Shown here piece by piece: positions 1-13,649 of a stretch of 64,000 nt of DNA. Made by a program: the position numbers and the translations under genes. The notes below the pieces were generated by a model that was not told the origin of the DNA, made no database searches, and saw only the letters and a list, made by a program, of their open reading frames with translations. Numbering within the stretch: position 1 is the stretch's first letter; every line of letters begins with the position of its first letter. This DNA comes from Lama glama (Eukaryota): positions 60,452,001-60,516,000 of the forward strand of contig CM052817.1 of assembly GCA_028534125.1 (NCBI GenBank), written 5' to 3'.

Positions 1-658
1 TTTCATCTTTATGTTAAGACCACAATTATATACTAAGTTAATTATTCAACAGTTAGTGAGCACTTTATCTATTCCTTACCAAGAGAAATGTATGAATTAA
101 CATCAATAGTTCAAAGAAATCATTAGGAAAAGTCTTTTTGAAAATAACATCTCCTCTTTTTCTCTCTACCTATCTTATTTAAGAACCCAATTTTTCATTG
201 CTAAGAACGATATATATTACTCTTACATTGCAACTATCTTCCTAGGTACTCAAGGTACTTTGAAATCCATTAACGAATAATTAAGCATAAAAGCAACTTA
301 CTTTCTGACTTTTCCCAATGTTTATACAACACATTTTTTTCTGAAGTTTTCAATATACTATAAACTTATTATTGATAAAGTATATTTAAGTCAGTTACTG
401 TGTTTCAAATTATTTAAGTATTAATTAATTATATACATAATGTATATAATTTGAAGTACAGACAGCAACTACATTAAAATTGATTATTTTAATGAATGTG
501 TGTTGTTGTTTTCATTTGGATGTGGGCTAAGCATTAAACAAATGTATTACAGTAACAGGATCCCTTAACATTTCCAGATAACAACTCATTGATAGTTTTG
601 TGTTTCTGTTACTGTATTAAATAAAGCATTTCTAATTCTTCCATTTCTTATCTTATAG

Positions 659-937
<279 letters not shown>

Positions 938-1244
938 TGAACTCGTCTCTGCTAGCAATTTCATAAATCTGATGGAGAGAGCACTAAGAATCCATCTTTG
1001 ATCAGTCTGACCTCATTACAGCGAAATGTATCCTTGTTTAATAAAAATACAATAAGCAAAGGTTATTTTCTTTTCAGCAAGTAGATTGGTAACATTTCTC
1101 ATGGTAGAATTTGTGATTGATACTCTTTAATGCCAAACTCCAAAGCATTAAGCTAATAAATATGTTTGACTTTTCTGGCTTAACAAGGACATAGAAGTTT
1201 TTTTTTTTCTTTTAAAGGTAATTTCTGGTTTGAAGAGCTGCACC

Positions 1245-1275
<31 letters not shown>

Positions 1276-3299
1276 AACTTGGAAGTCCAAAAACTGCTGT
1301 AGTGTTATAAACTCAGATGAGATGTAGCTGAAACCTTTGCTATTCAGAACACAACAAAGAATTTGAAAGTAAATGAATACAATCTCTGAGCAGCAAAATA
1401 AAATCCACCAAGTCCTTACAGCTTGCTCATAAGAATTCCCTTTTAATATTCATCTGGAGCCTATTTCTTTTTCTTAAGGAAAATCCATCAGGATCTCTTT
1501 TCGTTTTATTTCTCTTTGCACTGGATATCTCAGTATGTCAGTTTGAAGGAGATATAACCAAGGCAGGCACATGGACAAGAATTGAGCTCCATAAGAAGTG
1601 CTCTTTAAACAGGCAAGAGACAAGAAAGAAGAAATCAAACAAATACACTAATTCAAATATCCCATCAAAACAGAGATTTCCCTGTAAAACAGCTCTACAT
1701 CGTAAAACAGTTCCTAAGGGTATCACTGTAGTATATTGCCAGCATGTTAGTTAATATTTAAACAGTAAACCTGCAGTATCAACAAAGATGAAAGTCATGG
1801 TCAATTTCAAAAGTGAAAAGAAATGTATGACATATTTTAGAAACCTATTTCTTCAAAACATTCAATATCGAAAACATTTTAGTTCTCAGAGATGTTCAGT
1901 GTGAAAAAATAATCCTAGGAGAACTAGTTCATTCCCAATGATACTAAATAGATGAGTTGATTTTGCAGACTTTTTGAACGATGACTCCGCAGCTTCCCTA
2001 TCTTTAGTCAGCTTTGAATTTTTTAGATAAATTACCATTTATCCAGCTTTTTCTTCATACTTATTACCATTGTAATGAGCAGTGTATATTTATCAGGCAT
2101 CTGGCTCCAGGATTATTGCCCATAGAACTTTCCTGCTAGATTTTAAGCTCTTTTAGAATAAGTCCCCTCCAGGACGAGGCATCATAAAATCACATAAAGT
2201 ACTCACCTATCTCTCTTTCCCCCATCATACCCACCTCTGTAAATATTTGTGGGTTTGAATGTAATTAGGGAGAAGGCAATGGTCTAAGTAAGCCACTCTG
2301 AAGCATAAATAAGGTTAACATTTTATGCTTCTAGTGACCCATCTTTTCATATTAATTGCTCATGAGCCTAATTGATGTGGAAATGATTGAATTTTAAATG
2401 GAGAAAAATGTGAAAGAACTTTGATTTAGAAAATTATGAGATGTTAAAAGTCTGCTTCTATCAAAAGAGATAGCAGGAAATGTACAGATGGGAAAAGCAG
2501 AAAGTCACTACACAGTATTTTAAAGCATATTCACCTAACTGCACAGTCCTGGTTCGATTAATGAGTTCCTCGAAATCAGGGAACAAATATTTTGTTTGTC
2601 TTTATATTCGCAGACCTATCTGATGAATTCAGGATGGGCTGGAAGCACCACTCCTACCATCTTTATTACTCCTCTCAAACCCACAGATAAAAGAAAATAG
2701 GACAGTGACTTTTTCTTTGAGCATTTATTACATATGTATTTCCCTATTATATGTAATAGAATTTGACTAAATGTTTAATATGTAAAAGGAAAACTGATAG
2801 AAACTTTTATATGTGAAGATTTATACAATGAAGAGTCTAAATGCAGGGCTCTTGAATTTAAAATATTCCACTAAAAGCAGAGCATTTGTTATAGAGGTTT
2901 ACCTTGGTGAATATTTTATCTCATTGAAGTTAAAAAAAAAAACAACTAGGAAAATACTTACTGAAATTTGAGAGTAGGGCATTCCCTAGAAGAATTAACC
3001 CTTACAACTCGGAGCCCGTAAAAGCGATGCAAATAAAAATGATCAGACATATCTTATCAGCAGGGTACAATTAAAAAAAAAAAACAACTCAGAAAAAAAA
3101 TGTATGAAAATATGACTTGAGTGAGCTCTAAAAGTAGAAACCCAACTATAAAATCACAATAATCAATACAACAGAGGAGAAGCGGGTACAGTGAGCCCAC
3201 GTAGTGATCTCTGGGCTGTAACATATTTCAGTGTACATAGAAAGGGAAGTAAGCTTTAGAAAGAACAAAAATGAGTTCCCCCAATCTTTAAGTTAGTGC

Positions 3300-4000
3300 C
3301 AGGAAGACTAAAATTCAGGGTTAGCTGAAGTTGCAAAATAAATGTTAAAGGCACCTTTTAGATAGAAACAGAGTTTTTAGCAACATATGAAGCAAGAAGG
3401 AAGTGGCCACTTATTGCTTGGTTAATGTTAGCTTGGCTGTTAATGGAGAGAAAATAGAAACGTTCACATCTTTTTGCTTCTGTTTTCTCCACTGAGGAAA
3501 AAATGTCTTCAGACTGGAAATATTAGAATATGTCATTAAAAGTAAACCACTGGTTTAGAAGGAGCAGGGGTTTGGAGGTGGTCGGAGTATGCCTTACTGC
3601 TCTAAAATGAGGCCTGAAAAATAATTGCCCAGAGCAGTAAATAAGCCAGTAGGTATGATCACAATGTTATAATTTAAGAATACTAGAGAAATACTTGGAA
3701 GGAAGACCGGAATGCAAGACATTGGTATAGTGTCCCAGTTTTCAAAAGGAAGGAAAATAGATTCTGACAACCAGAGTTTAACACACTAAACTTAATATTT
3801 GGATAAAGTGTAGAATATGTTATTAAATATATGGTTTGGGGAACTTCAAATAAGATAATAGAACTTTCTTAAGAGCAAGCACTTTCAAACCAAATCCTAC
3901 TTAATAATTTTCTAGATAGGATGTCATAAATCGATTTATTGTATTTTGATTTTTATGTAGTGTTTGACAAATTTTCTTATGAAATCCTTATGAGAGGACA
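3300..4000 (+). mobile_element. L3/CR1 LINE reverse transcriptase fragment, highly decayed
   Basis: Traces of CR1 RT motifs: gtcccagttttcaaaagg (VP.FK), ggataaagtgtagaa (K.LE), tattttgatttt..tttgacaaa (Y.DF..FDK). Confidence 0.55.
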
Positions 4001-4699
4001 TTAAAAAGTCTAAATAAATTGATGTCATGTCATTCGAATAATTTCCCCAAAGGACTCCTAAGAACAGAAGATGGTGAACACTCTGGCTTCAGATTTAAAG
4101 AAAATTTTTAAATATATTAAAGTCTCATTCTTATATGAGACTTTATTAGACTATATTAGAAGAATGTATTCTGTAGTTTGAGTTCTTCTACACTTATCAC
4201 CAGGGCTTCCCTTACCTTCAGTTTGAGATGTATGGAGCTAGAAGAATATTCAAATCACACTGATAAATATTCTGCTCTTGAAGTGGTCGTCCACAAAGTT
4301 ACTGTCCTTGGACCTAATATTTTCAAAATGTTCAAATCACACAAATGAAAATGAATGAAGTGTACCTCTCAGATTTGTAAATGCCCAGGAGAAAATGCTT
4401 ACATTGTGTTACATAATCAAGATTCAGATTGTTACTATTTGCTAACAATATGCCTATAAGTTGAAATATCACAAAGATAAAGTAAGATTCAAAATCAATT
4501 ACGGGAAGTCTAGATAGATGAGACCTGGTCTGATAGCTTTTCAAGGCCATTAAGATGAAGGCAGATTTGGCTTGAGCATAGCAGAAGTCGTTATTTCCTC
4601 CAAACCATTCGAATGTAATTTTGGTCTCTATGTCAGAAGCATTTTACTAAGATCAAGAGAGAGCACCTTATACTGCTCCCTCCTAGTTAGCTCACATCT

Positions 4700-6060
4700 G
4701 CAATAATTGTGAGTTCCAATAGAAACACTGAATAGAAACACTGAAAAATAAGAGAAGGACAGAGGAAAAACACTGAGATGGTGAACAGCGTAGAAATTAT
4801 ACTGGATGATAAACAACTGAAGAAAAGACGATATTTCAGGGCAGGTCATAGGAGGTGTCAGGTAGAGGTTGCACATAGAAGAGGTTGGTGCTGATGGTTC
4901 AGTGAAGGCAGAAAACAAGTGTAGTAACAGTAAGGTAGAGAGAAAGGGTTGGTCAAATGGTGGGATACTGGAGTTTAATAAGATGTTAGAGGACTTGTGC
5001 ATTTGTGTCCAGTAAATGATCATTTGTGTTGCTTGTGGCCTGAGTAGAAGTGAAGATCTTCTGTGTAAGAAATTGAACCACTTTCATACAAGGAGACAGT
5101 TTGGGATCACCGTGAAGGAGAAGTCATGAATAAAGAGTGACCAAGAGGTCAGTAGATGATGGCAGAAAGGGGCTGTAATGCGTGGCATAGAAGAAAGCAT
5201 GAACATCAAAAGAGAATAGGCAGTTGCCTGAGAAAGAAGTAAAAGAAGGGGTAACAGCTAGCTCAAAGAAAGTCATCAACCACCTTTTTGATCCTGCAGT
5301 TTGGGATGTGGGCAAATAAGAAGGGGCAGTCATTTGTTGAAAACACCTGTCACATACTGAGTACAAAGCACTCACCTTTAAGACCAGCTTGGATGCTAAA
5401 GTATGTGCCTCAAGGTGTGAGGAAAAGACTACGACCCAGGAAGTGTCAGGTTTGGGTGGAACCCAGTTACCAGGTTTCTCCTATCTGATGTTAAACTTGA
5501 CTTTCTTTTCTTTGACTTCTTTGCCTTAACATCTCTTTATCAAAAACCAGATATGTGCTAGGTTCTAGGCTAAGTCAAGAGGAAATAAAAAAGTAACAAA
5601 GACGGGGAAAGTATGTGCAATTTGAGCCCCCATCCAGAAGGGACTCATATTCTAGTGTGAAAAGCAGATTTAAACAAAGTCTTAGCATCATGATATGCTT
5701 CAACAGACCTAAGCACTGAGCATTATGGAGATAAAAAGAGGACTGCCCACTTAGCCTGGGAGGAGGGAGAATCCTGAGATGTTTTCAGGGTAGGATTCAC
5801 CCAGCTTGTGTTCTATGAAGTGAGGATTGGAGGATATTGACCTTTGGAGAAAGATAAGAGACATCAAAGGATGCTCCCACAACTGTCTCACCTGCATACT
5901 TAAAGCAGTCAGCCAAAGGAAGAAACAAAATAAAGCTGGAGAGATAAGAACAAGCAAGTCTGAGGCGGTGGGGCCAGGAGAGGTTAGGAAAGGCCAGGTT
6001 GTTGTTGATTATTGAGAAACCATCAAAAAATCTGCCCTGGGTTTTGGGCAGGGGAGTGAA
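4700..6060 (-). mobile_element. Degraded L2 fragments
   Basis: Purine-rich L2-like segments, e.g. atgtgctaggttctagg and ggactcatattctagtgtgaaaagcagatttaaacaaa. Confidence 0.4.
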
Positions 6061-7389
6061 AGTGACAATAGCTTGCCCTGATCATTCCTTCTGAAGAACA
6101 AACTGGTACTTCCCGTAGTACATGCGAGTGCTCAGCGTCTCCTTAAAGGAAGGTCTACAAACACCAATGATTAAAGATTTACCCAGTTATGAAATAAAAC
6201 TCCCAAGGAACTGTTAGGAAGTGCTTCTTAACACTTGTTCTTACGTTAAACTCTCATCATCCTAACAGTCGAAGCATAGTGCTGTGCTGGGATATGGACA
6301 GAACATTTCGTAAGATTCCTTCATGATTAATTATAAGCAAAGGGCAATCAAAATACTTTTCTCTTTATTTTTAGGAAAAACTGGTAACAAGGCACTTTTA
6401 AAAATCAGAGAAAATTTAAATCTTGAAGATGGATTTGCTTTTCATAGCTGGGTTGATACCTCATTTTTTATTTTATATTGCATTTTTCCTTCAGAGAGGA
6501 AATAATGTAACTTTCAATCACTTTTTTTGACCTTGGATATCTCTTGGTGTTTACATTTTTTAAATATTATTTCTAATTTTTTGAAAAATAAACACCATTG
6601 GTAATTAACTGTAAGAATAGTGGTTCTGGCAAGTTATGTGTAAGAGTGCAATAGAGCTTATCAAACATTTCTATAATCCATTTTAAAATCTATATAGAAA
6701 GAACATGATTGCCTTAGAAGAAGAAAGTGTTAGTATAAACACACATTCACAGACAATTATTGATGTATTTGTCATGTTAATGAACTGCAATGTGTGTGAA
6801 TACCTATACAATTTTGTACAGATCCTTGACCATTGTAGAGTTTAGGAATAGTGCTGTTTCCTCTCATTTTTAATTTACTGAATCTCCATAGACACAAACT
6901 TACACACAGATGGCTGCTTCCCTTTTTTTTTGCACCTATGACACTCATCTTTTATGTAAGATCAAGTTGATATTTCTCCATCTGAATAACCAGAATGCAA
7001 AAACTTGACATATTCAGAAAATGTATTATTCAGTTTGCCCTTCCAATCTTAAGCCCTCAGATCCTTACCGCCTTGGAAAGAAATAAGGACCAGTGATTTT
7101 CTAAGGTCTGACACTAACAGCCTTGCCACTGTAGAAGCTTCTCTTTTTTTAATCTTCTCTTTTACACCTAAATAAGCTGAAAAAGCAATTGAGGCATACA
7201 ATCAGACAAGACTTCATTCTCAGTGGCAAAATTGCCCAGGAAATGAAGAAAGAAACTTTCTGCTTAATAAATAACCTGGGAAACCAGCCGTCTATGACAT
7301 GAACAGAAGCAGCTGAGCTGACGATTTTCTCGTCATTCTTGACAGTTGGCATCAGTAGTTCTAATGATTACTGTCTAATATCTTTTCAG

Positions 7390-7551
7390 ATTTCAAACCT
7401 TTACATATATGACACAGTGCTTCTGCTTGCTAATGCTTTTCACAAGAAGCTGGAGGACCGGAAGTGGCACAGCATGGCCAGCTTGTCATGTATCAGGAAG
7501 AACTCCAAGCCCTGGCAGGGCGGGCGCTCCATGCTGGAGACCATCAAGAAG
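7390..7551 (+). CDS. GRID2: GRID2 internal coding exon (human exon 7 equivalent), amino-terminal domain
   Basis: tcttttcag acceptor ending 7389, AAG|gtatct donor. 162 bp = 54 codons: [54 protein letters not shown] (within ORF 7339..7608). In frame with the previous exon. Confidence 0.97.
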
Positions 7552-9264
7552 GTATCTTCTGACTTGCGTTTCACTATTCCTAATTTTCATGTGGAGAAGA
7601 ACAATTAATCATTGTTTGATGAGATATCACTTAGAAAGGATTGTTTTTTTCACCAATATTGCTGCCTGTTCAAAGCACAAAACAGTGTAATGGATAAATG
7701 AAATATTAAAAAAAAAAAAAAGGCCAGAAATTCATAAAGGTCTATGAAACAGGGAGCCCTTATTTATTCTACGGAAATTTTATGCAAGTAAAAAACTAAT
7801 GGTTGACATATTTTAAATCACCTTCATTATATCATTAGGGTTAGAAATGCTCATATTATTTTGGTGCCTGTCACAAAGTGCAAAAAGCTGTTTTTTTTTT
7901 TTCTTTAAATGACATCATCCACTGAAAAAGAATAAGCACTAGATATAGCTGTTTTTCAGTTAGATGATACATGGTAAGACATTGGATGTGATGGTCTTTA
8001 CTTCGTCTTGCAGTTAAGATAAAATTCATATACAGTTAAGATTTTGCAGCATTTATGAACTATTTGAATACTTGATGGCATTCTTCTTTACCATCAGTGC
8101 GGTATTTAGCCTGACTATGACCTGCTTTGGCTCAGCTACCTAACTCCATTGCCAGGAGACAGTTTACATTGCTTAGCTCCTCTCAAAGGCATAAGCATCC
8201 TGCAGTTTATTAGCCTCTTTGTCATGTCATCCTTGCTGGCATTTTCCATTTGTCTCACACAGCTTCTCGGATTTAAAATGAAATGATTAATAAAACAAAC
8301 AAATTTCTCCTGTATCCTTTACACAAAGGAGACAGCCATTTAGAAGTTTATATTCTCCATTTTGTGCATCTTTATTCTTTCCACATGCATTTGCCTTTTT
8401 TCTCCTGAAACAATAAGAGAAATAGCTAGTCAAATGAAATATGAATGTATTTAGAAAAGCCAGAGAGAAATCTAGAAATTAAAGTTAGAAGAGGACTGGA
8501 TGTACAAAAACCAGGAAGTGAAGGGAAAAAAAATGTTTCAAATAGAGGAAAGGCTATATCTTCCTCTTGGTACTGTGTCTTCCTTGCAGAAGAATCACTT
8601 TAATGAGAATTTAGGCTCTTATCAATAGAAGTGCTGAAGAATTAAATGTATTGAATATATTAGCAGAGAAGGATTTTTCAACTGAAAAGTGAATAAGTCA
8701 AATCTAAACTCAAGGAGTTGCCAGACTCACCCAGCTCTATCTCTGTAGAGAGTTGGCAGGTATGAATCCAAGGGAGGTTGTTGAACATGGTTCTGATCCG
8801 GCCAATTTATTAATTCATGGTTTGGCTCGGGTGCAGGAGCCTGAATATATTCATTCTTCTGAAGCTGTCTCACAAAGACAGAATAATATTTTGGGATGTT
8901 GCTTAGGAGACACTTATTTAGTGAAAATATCAGTAGGAGGGAAAGAGAGACACTGTAATATGTAGGTATTTCTCATGAAGCAATTCAAGATGTAAAATGT
9001 TACTGCTAGAAAATTTATAATCAAAACAATGATTTAATATAATAATTATGAAATTTCATTTTGGGGGAATATTTGCATAATTTCCCCAGTAAGTTTTCAA
9101 CCCAGTGGCACTTTTGAAAGGAATATATTTCATTCTGTGTTTCTGGAGACTAAGTTTGAATGATATCTATAATTGTAAATGTTTAATTTCATTATTTTTC
9201 GTCCACATTTCTAATTGGCCTTAAAAAGTGGAGTTTCATTTTTCCAATCGTATTACTTTACTTT

Positions 9265-9656
9265 GCCTAAGACAAGTGCTTTGGTTGTCCCATTCAGATA
9301 CAGGGCTGATAATACAGCAAGAGAATCTGAGAGAGGTTTACTACTCACACAGGGACTCCTGGGGAGAGCAGCGGGCGAGAGCAGCGGGCACACTCAGGTC
9401 CAGGCTGGCTCCAGCTAAGCTGTGTGGGTGGGCTGGACACTTGTAGTGGTTAAGGGATGGGGCTAAGGAAAGTTTCCATTTATGTGCGCTGGAGATTTTC
9501 GAGACTTAAATTTCCCACAGATGTCAAAGAAGGAGGTGCAGGATGGGCTTTCTTCATCAGCCTGTCTGGATGTGGAGCCAAAGAGGAAAGGGAAGGCAAA
9601 GCTTAAAAAGAAGTCAGCAGCCAAACATCACAAATGAGGTCAGGCTCTTTATTACA
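9265..9656 (-). mobile_element. ERVL-class solo LTR (MER74/MER54-like)
   Basis: Ends gtcagcagccaaacatcacaaatgaggtcaggctctttattaca, the reverse complement of a TGTAATAAAGAG.. LTR start. GC-richer than flanks. Contains a 13-bp tandem gagagcagcgggc x2 at 9364-9389. Confidence 0.5.
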
Positions 9657-10019
9657 ATGGGAATATTCTAGTGATAAAAATTTTAATTATGTTCAAGTAA
9701 GAACTGCACACCTACATTAAGGGCATCCTGTATACACTTTACAAAGCCTATGTACTAATGCAAGGAGTACAAAGAATTAAAAGAATGAATGTCTGTTCTT
9801 TAGTTAATTTATATTCTTATCAGGTGGATGAGACGGAAGAGTTAAAAAGCACTGCAGTTGGTGTAAGTGCTGTAAATGTCCAGTAAAGGAGGAGGACGAG
9901 GGGACTCCAGTGTGGCAACTGTGTAATTTATTTTATGAATTGGTAGAATGGGTGCCTCCATATTTCTCTTCTTTTTTCAAAAATGGGAGGTTAATTCTCA
10001 AATGTCCATTTCCCCCAGA

Positions 10020-10490
10020 TGTTATCAGCACCTCCAAGCAGTTGTTATTTACATGGATTTTATAAATTATTTTTGAGAAAATTATAATTTTTAAAATATT
10101 GAGCCTTCCCATTCATGGATATGGTATCTATCCATATAGTCAACTTTTTATAACCCTCAGTAAAGATTTATAGTGCTCTTTATACATCTTTTCATTGTAG
10201 TTGTTCTTTAAATTTTATAGGGTTTTGTGTCCTGTGTGCATGTGTCAGTGCATGCTATCATGAATAGGATAAGCTTCCATTATCTTTTTAAACTAGCCAT
10301 TGTAGGTACATGAGGAAGTTGTCGGATGTTTGATGTCTTTTGTGACTGACCTGCTCAACTTTTGATACTTAGCTCTGGATTCTTACTTGTTTCTTTGTAG
10401 TTTAATCGCTTGTGTTTTTTCAAGTAGGTATTGATATCATCTTCAAATAAAATGAACAATTAATCCTAATACTTTTTACCTTTTTAAAAC
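10020..10490 (-). mobile_element. Old L1M ORF2 fragment (upstream of the MCM4 retrocopy)
   Basis: Resembles antisense L1 ORF2 (ttcccattcatggatatggtatctatccat; gatatcatcttcaaataa). Confidence 0.6.
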
Positions 10491-10511
10491 TTTAAAAAAA
10501 AACTTTTCTGG

Positions 10512-13500
10512 AGGCATTTGGGAGCATAACCTGCTGGGTGCACCTGGAGCCCTGCGGGCTTTAGGGTCGGCCACCTTCCCCTGCTCCAAGTGGGAAAGCC
10601 AGGTCATCTCCATGTCAGAGACAGTGAAACCAGGATTCTGCCTCTATGGGAGAGCTGCAGGCTGTGCTGACCAGGCCCGGAGCTGACCTGCAGAGCCCTG
10701 CTACGCAGGGCACATTATTTTCCATCTCTCTTTTGACACCTTCTTCAATGATTCTTCTTGATTTTCTTTTTAGTTCAGCACTGACATATGGCACTCCCAG
10801 CCCGTGTAGAGAGGGAACCCCAAGCTGTGGTGTTAGGGACACAGCCATGAGGCACAGGCCTGACCTGGGGTCTGCAGGGAAAGATCTGCAGGTGGATTTG
10901 CAGTATGAGCCAGCAACAGAAGATACAGTGGCCAGTGAGCAGTTTCTAAGCCAAAAACTTGTGATTTGAGGAATAGATGTAAATATGGCCACCTGCAAAG
11001 AAAATTTTCAGAGATGTCTTTAGCATTTTCTTGACCCTCTGACTAAAGAATAAAATGTTGCCATAGATACTGCTGAGTCTCTGTACATGCAACTGCTTGG
11101 GGAAACTAATGTTATTGAAGAGCCATTTTTAAATGTAAACTGTAAACGCATAAAGTCATGTGACAAAAATTGGTACAGACAGCGCATCTGCTTCCCACAG
11201 GAAGTTAGCCCAGCTTTTACCATGGCTGTCAGTGAGATCTGACTCAGTCTTTGAATAGCAGATTCGATTAGGACCATTCAATGTGTTGAAGGCAAAGAAT
11301 ATGAGAAACCCGAATCTAGAAGACATCAGTCAGCTCATCACCATCAGTGGCATGGTGATCAGATGTCACGGCTGATTCCAGAGAGGCATGGGGCCTTCCT
11401 CCGGTGCCAGGTGTGCACCCACACTGTCCTAGTGTAGATGGACCCGGTCAGATCACTGAGCCCTGCACGTGCTCGAGCTGCCACGCCACCATGGGTGCTG
11501 GCCATGACTGCCTGGTGTTCTCTGACAAGCAAGAGTGTCCTGAAAACATGCCTGCAGGGCAGATGCCTCGCACTGTCATCCTTTTTGCTCACAATGATAT
11601 TGTTGACAAGGTTCAACTTGGGGACAGAGTGAACATTACAGGCATCTCTCCAGCTATTCCTACTGAATCATTCCAAGGGTGAATACTGTGAGGTCTGTCT
11701 GCAAAACCCTCATTGATACCATTCACTATCGGAAAATGGATGCGAAGCATCTGCACAAAGAAGGAGATGAAGAAGCAGAACAGAAACTTTTTCAGAGAAG
11801 CATGTGGGATTGCCTAAGGAACTTTCCAGAATACCAGACATTTGTGAGAAGCTTGCTTCAGCTTCAGCTCCAAGCACTTAAGAACAGTTAAATTTCAAAA
11901 GGGGAATCTTGCATCAGCTTTTCTGGGGAACAGGGGAAGATTTTAGTCACACAGGAAGGGACAGATTTCACGCTGAGATCTACATCCTGCTGTGCGGTGA
12001 CCCTGGGACCAGCAAGCCCCAGCTGCTGTAGTATGTGTACAGCCCGGTTTCCTGGGGCCAGGACACACCTGGGAGGGGCTCCAGCTCAGTGGACTTAATA
12101 GTACATGCAGTGAAAGGCCCGGGAGGAGGCAGCTGGTCCTGCAGACAGGGCCCTGGTCCTTAGTGACGGTGGCATCTGCTGTACTGATACTTGAGAAAGT
12201 GAATGAAAGTACAAGATCCGTATTGCTTGAAGTCATGGAACAGGTGACTCTGCTCACCACAAAGGCTGGGATTGTCTGCCAGCTCAGTGCACACACATGT
12301 ATGTATCCTGGCAGTAGCAAATCCTATTGAGTCTCAGTGTAATGCTAAAAACACAAAACCAAAAATCTAACAGTAAAAACGTCCAGCTACCTCACACGTT
12401 ATTATCAAGGTTCGGTTTGTGCCTCCTCATGCTAGACCCATGGGATGAAGCCCGTGCAGGCATCTGACTCACCACCTCGTGGCTCTGAACTACGAGAGCC
12501 AGGAGCACGTGCAAGAGAAGTTCATGGACCTGAAAGTGCTAAAGGATGGTGCTGCTTACTCTCACAGCGCTGTCCTGCCTTGGTTGAGCCCGGAAGCCAG
12601 CCAGGCTCTCACTGAAGACACGAGGAAGGTCAGTCGTAGCTGAAGAATGCTTTCTGTACACCCTCAACAGCTGAAGTCGTTCAAATGGCTTAGCAGAAGC
12701 CCATGCTAAAGTATGATTTTTCAAATGAAGTTGAAGCAGTTGATGTGGAAGAAGCAAAACACCTGCACAGAGAGGCGGCACAGCAGTCTGCTCCTAACCC
12801 CCAGACTGGTGTTGTGGCCTTACTTGTTCTGACTACAGGAACGAGTGCAGCTCCTGAATGGAAAGGAGCTCACTGAAGCATTGATTTTATTGAAGTGTAA
12901 AACATCAGCTCTAAAATACTCACAACTTCTTGAAGCTATTTGGGGACAATCTGACATAGCAATTACCAAAGGAGTCTTTCAAGAAGCACCTCGTGCCTTG
13001 GTTGATGATGACTTTTTGACCGTGATTGGAAAAGCTGTTGTCTTGCTCTGAAGCTCTGTTAGCAGTGCTGTGTGTTCAGCTGCTCTACACTTGGGCACTG
13101 TGCTTGCTTCCACATTTGTGTGGTGTATGGGCCAATGGAAAGAAATTCTTAAAATCATTATTAGGCTCCATAAAAATTTTCTAGCCTGGGTTCAATTTTC
13201 TTAGTAAAATGTGTGTTTTTTTTTTTTTAATTTTAAGTAGAAATATGGTGTCAGTTTACAATATATACAGTAGGGATAACTTTCTTGACGTGCCTTTTGT
13301 TAGCACCAGGACTTTGAATTCCTATCTCTATAGGAGAAGGATGTTAGTCCTTTTCAAAGATGGCAGTCTGGGAGATGGTTTTTGTGCTAAACTCCCTGAT
13401 AGCAATCAGCCATGTGTTTGGGGTTTTTACACTGTGAGATAAGACTTAGCCAGAGCCTCTTCCCCTGTTACAGCACCCAACGTCATTCCTTCCAGAGACT

Positions 13501-13638
13501 TCTCTCATGGCTACTATAAGATGAGAAATAAGAGATTGGAAATGATTAGGTTCTAAGTTAAATTCTGCCGCTTTATCCTAATATGCAAAACTTTCTTCCC
13601 AACTAAATGATAGAAATAATTTTTAAAAATAATAAGAT
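10512..13638 (+). pseudogene. MCM4: Processed (retro)pseudogene of MCM4, with 5'UTR-like, CDS and 3'UTR-like segments
   Basis: Intronless collinear MCM4 homology: GELQ..DLQSP..LTYGTPS..RPDLGSA..LQVDLQ..VASEQ..QKLVI (ORF 10646..10969), zinc-finger CQVC (11405-11416), [30 protein letters not shown], Walker A GDPGTSK (11996-12016), C-terminus [24 protein letters not shown] ending 13051. In-frame stops at 10967 (TGA), 11021 (TAG) and 11051 (TAA), plus frameshifts. Candidate TSD aaaacttttctgg (10499-10511) / aaaacttttattgg (13639-13652), with an A-rich remnant before the 3' copy. Confidence 0.95.
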
Positions 13639-13649
13639 AAAACTTTTAT

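Noticed and set aside
7339..7690. ORFs 7339..7608 and 7409..7690 as stand-alone genes
   Set aside because: The first is the GRID2 exon plus intronic read-through. The second is an alternative-frame shadow.
10615..12781. Minus-strand ORFs of 80-127 aa over the retrocopy
   Set aside because: Antisense shadows of decayed GC-richer MCM4 coding sequence.
10646..13051. A functional nested MCM4 gene
   Set aside because: Multiple in-frame stops and frameshifts, missing N-terminus and start codon, no introns.
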